Source of the DNA: Callorhinchus milii
Taxonomy: Eukaryota
DNA: 64,000 nt
Assembly (NCBI RefSeq): GCF_018977255.1
Contig: NW_024704743.1
Coordinates: 96,722,001-96,786,000, forward strand
Reading direction: 5' to 3'
Translations under genes and position numbers: made by a program
Part shown: positions 38,791-51,773 of the stretch, piece after piece
Position numbering within the stretch: position 1 is the first letter of the stretch
Layout: the number at the start of each line of letters is the position of its first letter
Notes under the pieces: model-generated
The model's database searches: none
What the model saw: only the letters and a program-made list of their open reading frames with translations
Told to the model about the DNA's origin: nothing

Positions 38791-39121
38791 TGGAGTCCTG
38801 TAGCTCAGTGGTTAGAGCACTCGCTTTGCAAGCGAGAGACCTGAGTTCAATTCCAGGCAGGGCGAAACCTTGGGCAAGTTTCCTTACTCCACACGCCTAA
38901 TAATAATCCCTCCAAAACCCAAAACAATATTAAATTGGTCATTTTCAATCCATGACTGTTTGTGGGACTTTGCTGTGCGCAATTGGCTGCCGCGTTCGCC
39001 CACAAATATACAGTCAATTCACTTTACAGTGTGTTCTGTGAAGCGCTTTGGGACGTCCTCCCGACGTGAAAAGCGCTATATCAAATGCAAGGATTATTAT
39101 TATTATTATTATTATTATTAT
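38791..39121 (+). mobile_element. tRNA-derived SINE, full length, young
   Basis: Intact A/B boxes, loop CTCCC matching the young L2, long (ATT)n. Confidence 0.93.
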
Positions 39122-40274
39122 CTCTCACCATTAATACATTCTTTGTATAATTGGATTAAGTCTGGCAATTGGGAGTTTTCCTACACCAAGGCTATATAGC
39201 ACGAGTCTCGTGATTTTGCCATAGTTCCAGTGCTAACTTTTATGTGCTGCAATATTGTGTTGATTCCAAATTTTCGGGGTGGAATTCAAAGAATTGTAAT
39301 TATTGTATTGAAGTGATGAAATGCTCCCAATGTAACACTGAAGTCAATGCCAGCCCTCTAAATATGATTAAACTGCAAATTCAGGATCATTATATATTTG
39401 GAGCAACAAATGTGCAAATTAGGTATAATTTGCAATACTCCCTAAAGGGATTCCTGATATGTGGAGCAACATATGCACGAATTAGGTATAATTTGCGATA
39501 TTTCCTCATTAGGATTCCTGAGTAAATGATACAAATCTCGTAAATGGGGATTCCCAGAAGTACTGCACGCCAACCGGTGAGTATGCTGCGATCTGCTCTG
39601 GAACACAGTTCCTCCAGATGGACAGGAATTCTAATGGGATTCTTTGTAAAAGATTCCCGTTAACAAATACTACAATTTCGAATTCATAATACTTACTTGC
39701 GTCACAAAAATGTTGATTGAAGAACACGTTTCCAACAGTAAAAAGGGGCACAAAACACTTAATTCTACATGTCAGGGTTAAGAAAATCACTGGATAACTG
39801 GTGGTGGCTTACCCGATTTAAATGACACTGAATACGTCTCTTCAAATTTAAGAGCATTTGCTTAGGTCTCCGCTTGGTCAGTTGATAGTTTTCTTGCTTC
39901 TGGTCATAGGTTGTGATTTCTCAAGCCTCGGGACAGGATTTGAGCTCACAGTCCAGGCTGGGAGGGAGGGGGCTGTTTTGCTAGAGGTATTAAACTTAGA
40001 ATGAAATGTGAAATATGAACACAGGTTTTAATAATAATTAAAAAGTAGCTTCTCCCAACAATGGCCAACAATCCTCTAAGTAAATTGATCAATCATATCA
40101 TGGCTGTTTGTGAGATGTTCAGCGCCTTGGGACGTCCTCCTGACGTGAAAGCTGCTCTATAAATGTAATTCTGTTGTTGTTGTTGATGTTGCTCTATGTA
40201 AATTGGTGCCACATTCGTCTACAAAAATAGTTACTACACTTTACAGCAATTCTCTGTGCAATCGCTTGAAACCC

Positions 40275-40649
40275 ACATTGGGACTTGGAACTCATAAAAG
40301 CTAACGCTCCAATACAGTTCTGTGGGGGTGTGCTGTATTGTTGGTGGTGCTGTCCTTCAGATGAGATGTTAAAACCAGTTACGAGATTCGGTGGACCTTA
40401 AAGATCCCTTTGCAATATAAAAAGAGAAGGGAGTGTCTCTTGGTGTCCTGACCAAACATCCCTTAAATAAAATTGGTCATTCATTTCATGGCTGTTTGTT
40501 GGACATTTCTGTGGACAAATTGTCACATTTGTCCCCAAAACACATAGTTACTGCACTTTACAGTATATCTTGTGAAGTACTTTGCGACATCCTCCTGACA
40601 TGAAAAGCACTATAACAAATGTAAAGATTATTTATTATTATTATTATTA
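40275..40649 (+). mobile_element. Older DeuSINE
   Basis: ggtgctgtccttcagatgagatgttaaa...aaagatccc...tcatggctgtttg...tail. Confidence 0.7.
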
Positions 40650-41084
40650 AAGGCTCACTATCACCTAACACTTCGGAGTACAACATGGCATGATTGGCAG
40701 TGTGATGATATAATCACACCGTGGATTATATCTACTTCTTTAGTAAAAACTGCATTAAAATTCCCTAAAGAGCATTAGAAATATGTGTTCTCTAGATTAT
40801 ATTACAGTTGCAGACACAATAAACCTTCCCTTGGCTATTTAATTAGTGTCAGAGTGGGCTGTTCCGGGAATTAATCCTGCCAACAAGATCCATAAAGTCT
40901 TCCCTGAAGTCTATATAGGTCAAGTGACTCAGTCACTGTACAGAGGGATTGTGTGGTGAAGAAACAATCATGTGGCAGACAAGAATTGAGTAACTGTACT
41001 GTATAAAAAGAAAATTAAATTAGTGTCTGAGCAGAAGTTCATTGCGTTCTGAGATCAAAAACATTGATTTTACAGACACTAATC

Positions 41085-41348
41085 AGCCTCTTGTATCTTA
41101 TGTGGTAGCCAAGACAGTGATGCCAATTCTGTTCTCAACGAATCACATGCGTTTTCTAGTAAAAGTCACTGGATAGTGATACAGAACAGCAATCTTAGCT
41201 AATTTTTCCCTTCCTAAGCCTTGGGGTGCTGAGACTAATTGTAGTGCTACAGGATAAGATCAAATAACAGGACAGATCAAACATTGGACCTTACCAGTAC
41301 GCATAGCTCAGTTACACAATGGGCAGTGGTTTTACCAACTGAGCCCTG
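41085..41348 (-). mobile_element. Ancient SINE (14398 family) with tRNA-like head
   Basis: Minus strand gggctcagttggta...tgagctatgcgtactggtaaggtcc...ctatccagtgac. Confidence 0.5.
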
Positions 41349-42254
41349 CATACGGGATAATATCTCAGGGCGCTTAACAGTGGATGTTAACACCAAGCCA
41401 GGCGATCAAATAATAAGAATACTTGCATTTGATGCAACATCTATACATCTCGAAATTCTTCACACAAAATTGTTGCCTAGTGTAGTGACTATGCATGTGT
41501 AGACAAACACAGCAGTCAAACTGGGGATAGCAAAGTCCCACAATCAACCGTGAGATGAATAATTTATTTTATCTGGAACTTTGTTGGCCAGGTCATCTGG
41601 TGGAAATAGGCAAAATGGTCAGTTTGATAAAACCCACATGCACAGAATTACTATAAAAATACACAGATGTGCTTTGCAGTGTGTGCTATGCGGTGAATGT
41701 TTTGTTATGCTGCATCATGGTTTTGGTGAACTGCAGAAGGAATTCAAATATAATGTATTTGGTTTGTAGTCCAGGATCTGCCCTTGGTTCCACAACTTTT
41801 TGCTTTCTCTTAAGTGATATATTATTGCAAAACACAGTATTACTTTATAATACAGCAACATTTAATGAATGCATAGTGTAGTCAGATAAGTTTAGCCTTT
41901 TTTAACCAGATTTGTTCTGTATTAATGATTACGTCACAGTATTTTGTGTTCCAGGACTGGTAAATGCCACAATTACTGCTAGATTTTACATTTCGCAACA
42001 TGTCAAAAGCTCTGCAACAGAGCTAATGGTACAGGCTAAATCATCTGTTCCCAACTAGGGATTTATATGCCACAAAGGAGTTGTTAGTACTCTGGTTTAC
42101 ATCTGTGTATATATATTTTTTTATTAAACTGCGCGTGAACATAAGCTTGAACAGTAGGTGCACTGCGGTTCTCAAAGAGTTGAGCAGGTCTAGAATATTG
42201 TTATTTTTTATAAATAGTAGAAAATCTAACATTTGTTATAATGTTATAAAAGCT

Positions 42255-42608
42255 GCATGTTGGAACATTGAACTCACACAGTCTAAAGTGACACTCTAAT
42301 GTAGTGTTGGTGGATATTGGGGATGACATTCTTTGGATGAGACATTAAACCAAGGCTCCGTCTGCCTGTGCAGGTGGATGTTAAAGATCTCATGGCGCTA
42401 TTTGATAAGAGAATGGAGTTTCTTAAGGCGTCCTGGCCAACAATACCACAGATAGCATGGTCATTCACTTCATGGCTGTTTGTGGGACATTGCTGTGGTG
42501 AATTAGCTGCCTTGTTTGCCTCCAAATTGACAGTCACTCCACTTTACAGTAAATCCTGTGAATCACTTCATCCTTATGTGAAAGATGCTACACCAAACTC
42601 AAGGATTT
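42255..42608 (+). mobile_element. Older DeuSINE
   Basis: ctttggatgagacattaaaccaaggctccgtctgcc...caggtggatgttaaagatctcatggc. Confidence 0.75.
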
Positions 42609-43919
42609 GTTGTGAAACATAATCTGCTTGTTGCTGCAAGGTAGAGCTGATGGTGTAGAGAATCTACCTTGATAAGTTTATTTGTGAGAGCGTGATCAAA
42701 AGATGCTCCTGCTAGACGAAGAATGAACAGCAGCTGATAATGGAGTAAACAACTAACAACTAGGATATGAAAGGATGATACAATAGCAACACTGTGGCGC
42801 ACATCATTCACTTCTCCCACCCGAGACTCAAGTGACATCAGGAGGAGAAAGAAGAAAGAAGACGTTGATATCAATTGCAAGAGAAGAACCATCAACACAC
42901 TCAAACCGCAACAACAACAACAAATTACATTTGTATAGCACCTTTCACATCAGGAGAACATCCCAAGGCGCTGCACAGCCAGGACCTTGAGTGACTCTTA
43001 GACTTATGCAAGTTACATATATATATATATGAACAAATCCTGAAGCTGAAATATGAATAATACTTAGAGGACGTCCTCCTGATGTGAAAGGTACTGTACA
43101 AATGTAATTTATTGTTGTTGTTGAAAGCATGTTATAGTCAATAAAGTAGTGAATGTAGTTCCTCTTCTGTTCCTCTATTCTTGTGACACACATAATCATA
43201 CTTTGGTCACACAGAATAACTGGTTCTGATCTGGCCATTTATTTGCGATAGATTTTCATCAACAAAATACACAGTCAATCCACTATACAGTATATACTGT
43301 GAAGCGCTTTGAGACGTCTCAACCATGTGATAATGCGCTTTTTCAAATGCAAAGATTATTATTTACATTGAGTGGTTAAGCCTAGTCTGGTCAACGCCCA
43401 GGTTTACACAAAATGGTTAGTTCCATTCTGGCCTTTATTTTACTCCCAACAGATTATTAGTATTAATATTAATAGTAAAATGAAGAATCATCAAATTGCT
43501 AAAGTAAGCTGTCGATTAACAACATACTATTCAAAATGAAACACTTGCAAAATATTGTTTTGATATATTTGTTTGATTTCTCTTTGATAATATAGTATTT
43601 GTATAAAATGAATAACTGAACTGTATGGTTCATACTGTAAAATATAGCTCAATGTATTCTAAGTTTGCCAAATTCATTTTGACAAAGTAAATACACCAAT
43701 TTAATTGGTTGTCATGACCTGGCATATATTTCATGGGAATTTTGTTGCATAGTGGTGTTGAAATGTATAGTTTTTGTACATCTGGAAAGTTGGGATGAGT
43801 TATAGCTATTATAAAGTATATATTTGTTGACTGTACAAAAACATTGAATTCCTGTAGCATTAGTCAAGTAGTTGAAGTCACAATAGAATCTGAATCGAGC
43901 TTTCAAAATATCCATATCC

Positions 43920-46770
43920 TGATACAATGATAGATTCAGAGTGCATATGGAAAGAGACAAGGAACCATCTAAGGAAGAGGGCAAATTTCAGTGAGTTAAA
44001 AAGGGACCTAGCCAAGATGGACTGGAAAGAAAGATTGGCAGGTAAAACAACTAAAGAGCAGTGGGAAGTCTTCAAGGATAAGATAGCTCGGGGACAGAAT
44101 AAATACATTCCCACAAAAGGGAAAAGTAGGGCATCCAAACTTCCGTGGATGACGAAGGTAATTGTATCTAGAATGAAGCAGAAAAAGGAGGCGTATGACA
44201 AATGTCAAACCCAAGATACAGAAGACAACTAAGTAGAATATAGGAAGTGCAGAAGAGAAATGAAAAAGGAAATAAGAGGGGCAAAAAGATTATATGAAAA
44301 AAGGTTAGCGGGTATCATTAAAGGGATTTCTAAAATATTTTACAAACATATCAAGAAAAAAAGGTTAGCCAAAGGTAGGGTGGGGCCAATTAAGGACCAA
44401 GGCGGAAATCTTATTGAGGAGGCAGAGGGCCTGGCTGTTGTACTGAATGAGTACTTTGCATCTGTCTTCACAAAAGAAGTGGATGCACCAAATGCCGCAG
44501 TATCGGAGGAGAGGGTAGAGGAAATGGATAGGATAAGTATAAACGGAGAGGAAGTACTGAAAAGGTTGACTGGGCTGAAGGTAGATAAGTCGCCCGGTCC
44601 GGACGGGATGCAGCCAAGGTTACTATGGGAGGCAAGGGTACAATTAACGGAGGCTTTGGCTACAATTTTTCAAACTTCGTTGGACACAGGGGTGGTGCCA
44701 GAGGACTGGAGAGTGGTCAATGTGACTCCCCTGTACAAAAAGGGACAGAAGGACAAACCTGGGAACCACAGGCCAGTCAGCCTAACAGTTAATTAGGGAC
44801 AGCCAGCACGGATTTGTTAAAGGCAAATCTTGTCTAACAAATCTAATAGAATTTTTCGATGAGGTAACGGAGAGTGTGGTTAAAGGTAGTGCAGTTGATG
44901 TAGTTTATATGGACTTTCAAAAGGCATTTGACAAAGTGCCACATGAAAGACTTGTAAGAAAGATAGAAGCCCATGGTATAAAAGGGACAGTGGCAGCATA
45001 GATCCAGAACTGGCTGGGAGACAGAAAGCAGAGAGTTGTGGTGAACGGCTGCTTTTCTGACTGGAGGGAAGTGTACAGTGGCGTCCCCCAGGGATCGGTA
45101 TTAGGATCATCGCCAGACTACGACACTACCACACCCCTCACGCTGCTGAAACTCTGGTCCACGCCTTTATCACCTCAAGGCTGGATTATGGGAACTCTCT
45201 CCTCGCCGGCCTTCCCGGCACCTCCCTCCACAAGCTGCAGGTCATTCAGAACTCTGCAGCTCGTGTACTATCCCGCACCAGGACCACATCACTCCCACCC
45301 TCGCTCGCCTCCACTGGCTCCCCATCCCCCAGAGGATCGAATTCAAGATCCTCATCCTCACCTACAAGGCCATTCACGGCCTTGCTCCATCCTACCTCTC
45401 TGACCTACTATCCCCCTACTTACCTGCCCGTACCCTCCGTTACTCTGGCTCCGGTCTGCTCCACATCCCCCGCCCCAACCGCCCTACCATCGGTGGTCGG
45501 GCCTTCAGCCTCTCAGCCCCCAGGCTCTGGAACTCCATCCCCCAGTGCCTTCGCCTTGCTTCCTCCCTTTCCTCCTTCAAGGCCGGTCTCAAGACCTTTC
45601 TCTTTGATCGTGCCTTCAGCTCCCCTCTCGACTCTCTACCCCCTCCTCGCTCCCTCCCTTCCCTCCCCTCACCTTGACCATTTACCCCTGCTCGGGTCCT
45701 GACCCAACTGTACAGCGCCTTGGGATGTCCTCCCGACGTGAAAAGCGCTCTATAAATGGAATCTTGTTGTTGTTGTTGTAGGACCACTGATCTTCTTAAT
45801 ATACATAAATGATTTGGACTTGGGTATAGCAAGTACCATTTCCAAGTTTGCGGATGACACAAAGTTACGTAGGGTGGTAAACAGTGAGAAGGATAGTAGC
45901 CAACTGCAGGAAGACATAAACAGAATGGTAAAATGGGCAGACACATGGCAGATGAATTTCAATGTGGAGAAATGCGAGGTAATGCATTTTGGTAGAAAGA
46001 ATGAGGGGAGGCAATATAGGCTGGTAATACAATCTTAAGGGGGGTAAAAGAACAGAGAGACCTGGGGGTGCAGGTAAATGAATCCTTGAAGGTGGCAGGA
46101 CAAGTAGATAAAGCTGTAAAAAGGGCATATGGAATATTAGGCTTTATAAATAGGGACATAGAGTACAAGAGTCAGGAGGTTATGATTAACCTATATAAAA
46201 TACCGATTAGGCCTCAGTTAGAATACTGCGCCCAGTTCTGGGCACCACACTATAGCAAGGATGTTAAGGCATTGGAAAGGATGCAGAGGAGATTTACGAG
46301 GATGGTACCAGGAATAAGGGACCTTGATTATGAGGAAAGGATAGTGAGGCTTGGATTATTCTCATTGGAGCAGAGAAGGTTACGAGGAGACCCAATAGAG
46401 GTCTTCAAAATCATGAGGGGATTTGATAGGTTAGAAAGGGAAAAACTGTTTCCACTGGTGGGTGTGTCGGTGACTCGAGGTCACAGATTCAAAATAGTCT
46501 TTAAAAGAAGCAGAGGGGAGGTGAGAAGACTTTTTTCACACAGTGAGTTGTTTGAATCTGGAACACATTGCCTGAAAGGGTGGTTCAGGCCGATTCAATA
46601 ACAACTTTTAAAAACACGGTGGATGGGTATTTGAGGAGGATGGATCTGCAGGGTTATGGGGAAAGGGCTGGGGAGTGGGATTGACATTACATTGCTCTTT
46701 TCAAAGAGCTGGCGCAGACTCAATGGGCCGAATGGCCTCTTTCTGTGCTGTACGATTCTATGATTCTATG
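43920..46770 (+). mobile_element. 5'-truncated CR1 LINE (ORF2 pseudogene), interrupted by L2
   Basis: [91 protein letters not shown]; ends (ATTCTATG)n; stops, frameshifts and a deletion near 44790. Confidence 0.95.
45107..45778 (+). mobile_element. Young L2 3' fragment nested in CR1
   Basis: IARLRHY...[23 protein letters not shown]...[18 protein letters not shown] at 45102-45106 and 45779-45783. Confidence 0.93.
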
Positions 46771-47479
46771 AATGTTCTGAGACAAGACAGTGGTAAATAG
46801 TGCTGTAAAACTGCAATTGCTCAGTGATATTATATGCATCAACTGGCCTGACAGAGGACACAATTATTAATCAATTTAAAGTAATATCCAATGCTAGGTG
46901 TGTTTTGATGGTTTATTTGATTATTTTTCTGGCACTTTTCTCAATCCCAAACTCCCAGTGTACGGTCCTAAACACACTTCCTCCTCTTTCACCCTCATTG
47001 TGTACAAAGCAAGGCCATCATACCATCCCTTACTTCAAACTTATTTTTTTCATGGCATTCCTTTTTCCTCATTGAATTTTACCCTTTCGCATACAACCTG
47101 TAGGCTTCTCAAAGCCACTTTTAGCATTACAATCTCAAGGCAAAGCCTGTAATGTTGAAGCTGGCCTGTACGGGTGGTATATGAGCTTCAGTCAGTTAAA
47201 ATTGAAGAAACAATAATAAGATCACAAGATTGATCTAGATAAAAAGGCTCTTTGGTCCATCTGATATCATCACTCCAGAACACCCAGCCTACCATCCTCC
47301 GATCACTGCATCAAGCTACTTTTTAAATGAGTCTAATGTCCTGGCCTCAACCATGTCTGTAGCACTGCAGTTTGGATTCAATAAGCACATAACTTATTGT
47401 TACAATGGACATGGCCCCTGTAAAGTCAAATTATATATTGTGTGTTTCAGTTTGGAGTAAGCTAAAGATTATCCATTAT

Positions 47480-47893
47480 ACAATAATAATTCTTACATTT
47501 AGTATAGTCCCTTTCATGTTGGGAGGATGTCTGAAAGAGCTTCAAATTGCTGCCCTTTCATACTGTAAAGGGCAGCAATTGCATATTTTGTGAGTAAACA
47601 CAGCAGCTAATTTGCATACAGCAATCTCCCTTGATATATGAAAAAAATTATTTGGGGGATTCTTGACTGAGAGAAACTCTTCTCTTTTCGAGTAGTTCCA
47701 TGGATCTTTAAATCCACTTGTACAGGCAAATGGAATTTGGGTTTAATATCTCATCCGAAAGACGGCACCACCAATAATGCAGCACACCCCAATATTGCAT
47801 TGGAGTGTCGTTTAGACTATGTGAGTTCAAAGCTTTTCCTTGGAGCTTGAACCCACAACCTTCTGAGAGTGCTATCAATTGAGCCAGGCTGAT
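47480..47893 (-). mobile_element. Older DeuSINE, near full length
   Basis: Head (tcagcctggctcaattgatagcactc...gttgtgggttcaag), body ggtgccgtctttcggatgag, L2-type tail. Confidence 0.75.
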
Positions 47894-48015
47894 GCATTAC
47901 ATTCAGAGCAAAATCTTTTGTATCTTCACACAATGGGGTTGAAAAGCACTTTTCTTGAAAGCAATAACATTAACTACTCACTAATTCACTGACAGAAAAT
48001 GTGCCTCACAGCTTG

Positions 48016-48149
48016 AACTGCGTTTTCTGCAGGAAATCCCCTATATGCCAGGACTGCTCATGAGATCTCAGCTCTGAGGCGATGTCGGGTCACAGCTGAG
48101 GTCTCGTGTGTTGGTGCAGTGCAGGGGGTTTCCTGCAGAAAGCATAGTT
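48016..48149 (+). other. 134-bp near-perfect hairpin / palindromic element
   Basis: 27-bp and 19-bp stems, each with one mismatch; 12-nt loop. Confidence 0.8.
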
Positions 48150-49819
48150 TACAACACACAGTGATTCGTGTGGCAGTGAGGATACTGGTTTCAGAGGAGC
48201 AATCATTTAACCTCATTGTCCAGCAGCCCTTACATAAACCAGCATCTTCCATTTCCCACATCAACCATTCATTGGCCATATATTGTCAATTTATTACCAA
48301 ATTAAGGCAGGCTAACCTAGCCCTGTAGGCCCACCTAACAAGGACGGAGCTGAAATTGCGCTAATCCATTTGAAATGTACTTCTGTGGTGAGGACGTTTA
48401 TTAATAAACTTGCTTAAAATAATAATGTTGCTATGATCCATAACATGTGTAATGTATGAAAATATGACATTTTACAGCATTCAAAGTGATATGGATTCAT
48501 ATAAAAGTGCTACAGGACAGATTTAAGAGGAGCGTAAACATGTGTTATAAATAAATCAGCCTCCTCGCAGCCTGTTCAACAGTTCTGCATTTGATCTCAC
48601 TCTGCATTCTCTCACTTTGCATTCTCTCACTCTGAATCTCCAGCTCAGATGAGGTGTTAATGTCTTAAGGTATAAAACTTTTGTTACTTGTTCATTTTGC
48701 ACATCTTAAACATTAATGACCTTATAATTAAAAGAACAGCACATCCACAAGCACTTAATTGCTGGGTTTATTTCGCTGGGGAGAAGGCCCCTCATAATTA
48801 TCTTAAGCCTGTGGCACTCCTGAAATATGGATTTTAACACTTATCAAGTAACCTCAGTGGTTAACCACCTCTGGTCTCAGTTCTTGCATTTGGACCTATT
48901 TCGATGGTTTCAATGCTCAGTGCTTTAAAAGGGACATTTACAGAGATTGAGTTGCGACAGTAACCCACAAAACAACAATCCAATGGCAGCTACAGAAAGC
49001 TTTGAGCCAGCTTCAAACACTGTGCCACAATCAGAGAGGAGGAGATTCCCATCTCCAGTTTGGGTCTGATAATTATTGACTGGTTTCACCACAATTTTTG
49101 CTGGTGATAATTATCCCAACAAATGTAATATTTTTCAACCCAGTATTAAGGAATAAAACTAGCAAATGTTTATTCTGCGGGTAACCCACTCTGAGACATT
49201 ATTCTGCGTGAACAGCGTTCTATAAATAATAATGATAATAATAATACTCCTTGCATTTGATATAGTGCCTTATCATGTCTCCGAAATGTCTCAAAGCGCT
49301 TCACAGAATATACTGTAAGTGCAAGTTGCTGTTGCAAATCTGCCATTCTCTGCAATGTGGATTGTGGAAATCCTTAGAACAAAGCATTGTACTAAAGCCA
49401 GAAGGATATTCTTGGGGAGATTTTATTGGCATCACACTAGACAATAAACTGAAATGCCAATTTGGGACTCCCAAACTGCACTACCTTAAAGACCCCTCAA
49501 TGTCACAGCGACCAAAGCTACACAGTATTCTAAGTGTAGGCTGACCAGAGTACCATACAACTCAAATATAATTTCTAGGGATCAGAATTTAATTGATTTA
49601 GCAATATAGCCCAGTATTCTGCTTATTGCTACATTACAGTTTTGATACGTTGACTGATGAGTCAACTAACACCCCTGGATTTCTTTCAGCTTCCCCTTTC
49701 GCAAATTCTATCCCATCCATGGAGTACGTGTATTCCCTATCCTTACTTTCTATAAGTAATATCCATATATTATTTATACTTCTATTACTTTTAGAATTTA
49801 TTTATTTATTTGTATTGAA

Positions 49820-49931
49820 ATTAATTTGCCAGTCATTAGGCCATATGCATACCCTAACAAGATCTCTTTGTAAGACCTTTGTTGCCTCCTCTGATTTCAC
49901 AGTTCCCCCAATTTGGTGTTACCTGCAAATT
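49820..49931 (-). mobile_element. CR1 RT fragment
   Basis: KFAGNTKLGGTVKSEEATKVLQRDL resembling KFADDTKLGG. Confidence 0.7.
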
Positions 49932-50081
49932 CTTTTTCTCGTAAACAGATACTATTTGCATAGCTGAGATGCACTGACATTTTCATTCAAATTTTTGCAA
50001 TAATATTAATAGCTAAAATCAAAATCATAAAATGTGGTTCTGAAACTTGTACAGTAAATAAGCCTGTTGTGTCTTGAGATT
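49924..50081 (+). repeat. Left arm of inverted duplication
   Basis: Reverse complement of 51596-51773. Confidence 0.9.
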
Positions 50082-51595
50082 ACACCTTACACAGGGTTTG
50101 CATATCCAGGTCATTGATATATAAAAGGAATAGAAGGATTCCAGTACAAACTCCTGAGTCCCCCCCCTCCCCCCCACACGCTTAATAATTCCCCATTTTG
50201 ACCTAGCTCCCCCAATTTGGAATCCATGTTCGTGTCCTGTTCTTGACATCAATTTGTGGAATTTATGCTATCGTCTAAAAGTCTTGATGCATTTTTGCCT
50301 AGTATGCTCTTCTCTGTGTGCATGTATTGTATCATTCTCAGTTTTACTGCGAGTGCTGTGATAAATATCTTTCAGTGAATTCAATATTCTACATACCCTT
50401 AAGACATTTTCTGTAATAATACATTCATAATGAAACCATTTTACACTGATTTATTTTTTAATTTTACAGGGATGGACAGTTCATGAGGAACAACACATTT
50501 GTATAGAAATCATTTACATTTATTTTATTTGCTGGGTCATGGCACTTTTTTTTATAAAACTAGTTAAGTCCGTGCTTAAATGTTAAAAATTACTGCTGGC
50601 ACATTTAAGATACATTACTTTGTGGTAGTTTACGTTTTATGTCCCATCAATCTCATGAAATCAAGATCAAGAGAAGTAGCTTTTTATGTGTCTCTTGGAT
50701 CATAACTCTCAGAAGTAATGAGGTGAAAAATGCAGTTATCATGTCAAATGTGATACGAAACGCATTTTTCATCCCAGTATTGATAAAATGAATAATAAAG
50801 CACATTATAAATACCTTTGTAGCATCTTTGTAGCATGTAGATGTTATTACGATGTTATTTTTAACACAGATTTATTTACGTATCAATAATGGAACGGAAT
50901 TCTGATCAGGTAAAGCCAGACTCCAGTGATGAATATCTCTCCACAATTCAAGCATTCACCACTTTAATAGCTATTGCTCTGTAAAAGCTCATACGTGATG
51001 ACCTTGCCTGTCAGCTGTTCCTGGGTATTCGTATCACACTGACTTTGAAGTCTCTGAGAGCCATTAGGACATATCACCTTGTGTCGTACTTTGAGTTCAG
51101 AGAAGCCTATGACTTTTAATGATCAAGGCAGTGGGCCCCAGACAGACAGCTATGTGTGATATCTGACTAGCTTGAGCCCAAAGTGGAGTGAGAAGGTTTG
51201 GTTTCTTTTCCAGAACACTGAGGAGGGAATGGAACTGAAGCATGGAACTACAGTGTCACTTTTAGTCTTTGCTGATCTGCAGATAAAGACCGCACACCAA
51301 AGTTTAGTGGAGTTATACACCTGCTGTACCCTAATGGTAAAAAGGCTTTAGGAATGGACGTGCAAGTTACGAGGAAGAGCTAGGTATTGGAATGCAGTGG
51401 TGAGTCAAAAAAACAATATTTTGAACCAGAAACATGTGCAGTATTTAATCAGGAAATTGGTACAGTCTAGAATGATTTTATTGGGATCTTGGGTATGCCT
51501 TCAAGATTAATTGGAACATGGAATGTGGAAGTAATTTTTACAAGAAAGTTAGGTTAAGGCCCCCTGTTGCCTGCCTCAGGCAGAAGAATGAGTAG

Positions 51596-51773
51596 AATCT
51601 CAAGACACAACAGGCTTATTTTACTGCACAAGTTTCAGAACTATGATTTTGATTTTGATCACAATTTTATGATTTTGATTTTAGTTATTAATATTATTGC
51701 AAAAATCTGAATGAAAATTTCAGTTCATCTCAGCAATGCAAATAGTATCAGTTTACGAGAAAAATAATTTGTA
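51596..51773 (-). repeat. Right arm of inverted duplication
   Basis: Reverse complement of 49924-50081 with an extra tatgattttgatttt copy. Confidence 0.9.

Noticed and set aside
42608..43190. Second solo LTR interrupted by two L2 tails
   Set aside because: AATAAA and a ...GTGACA end are suggestive, but the termini are not complementary and no TSD is found.
43927..46601. Functional reverse transcriptase gene
   Set aside because: 5' truncated, with stops, frameshifts, a deletion and an L2 insertion; a dead CR1.
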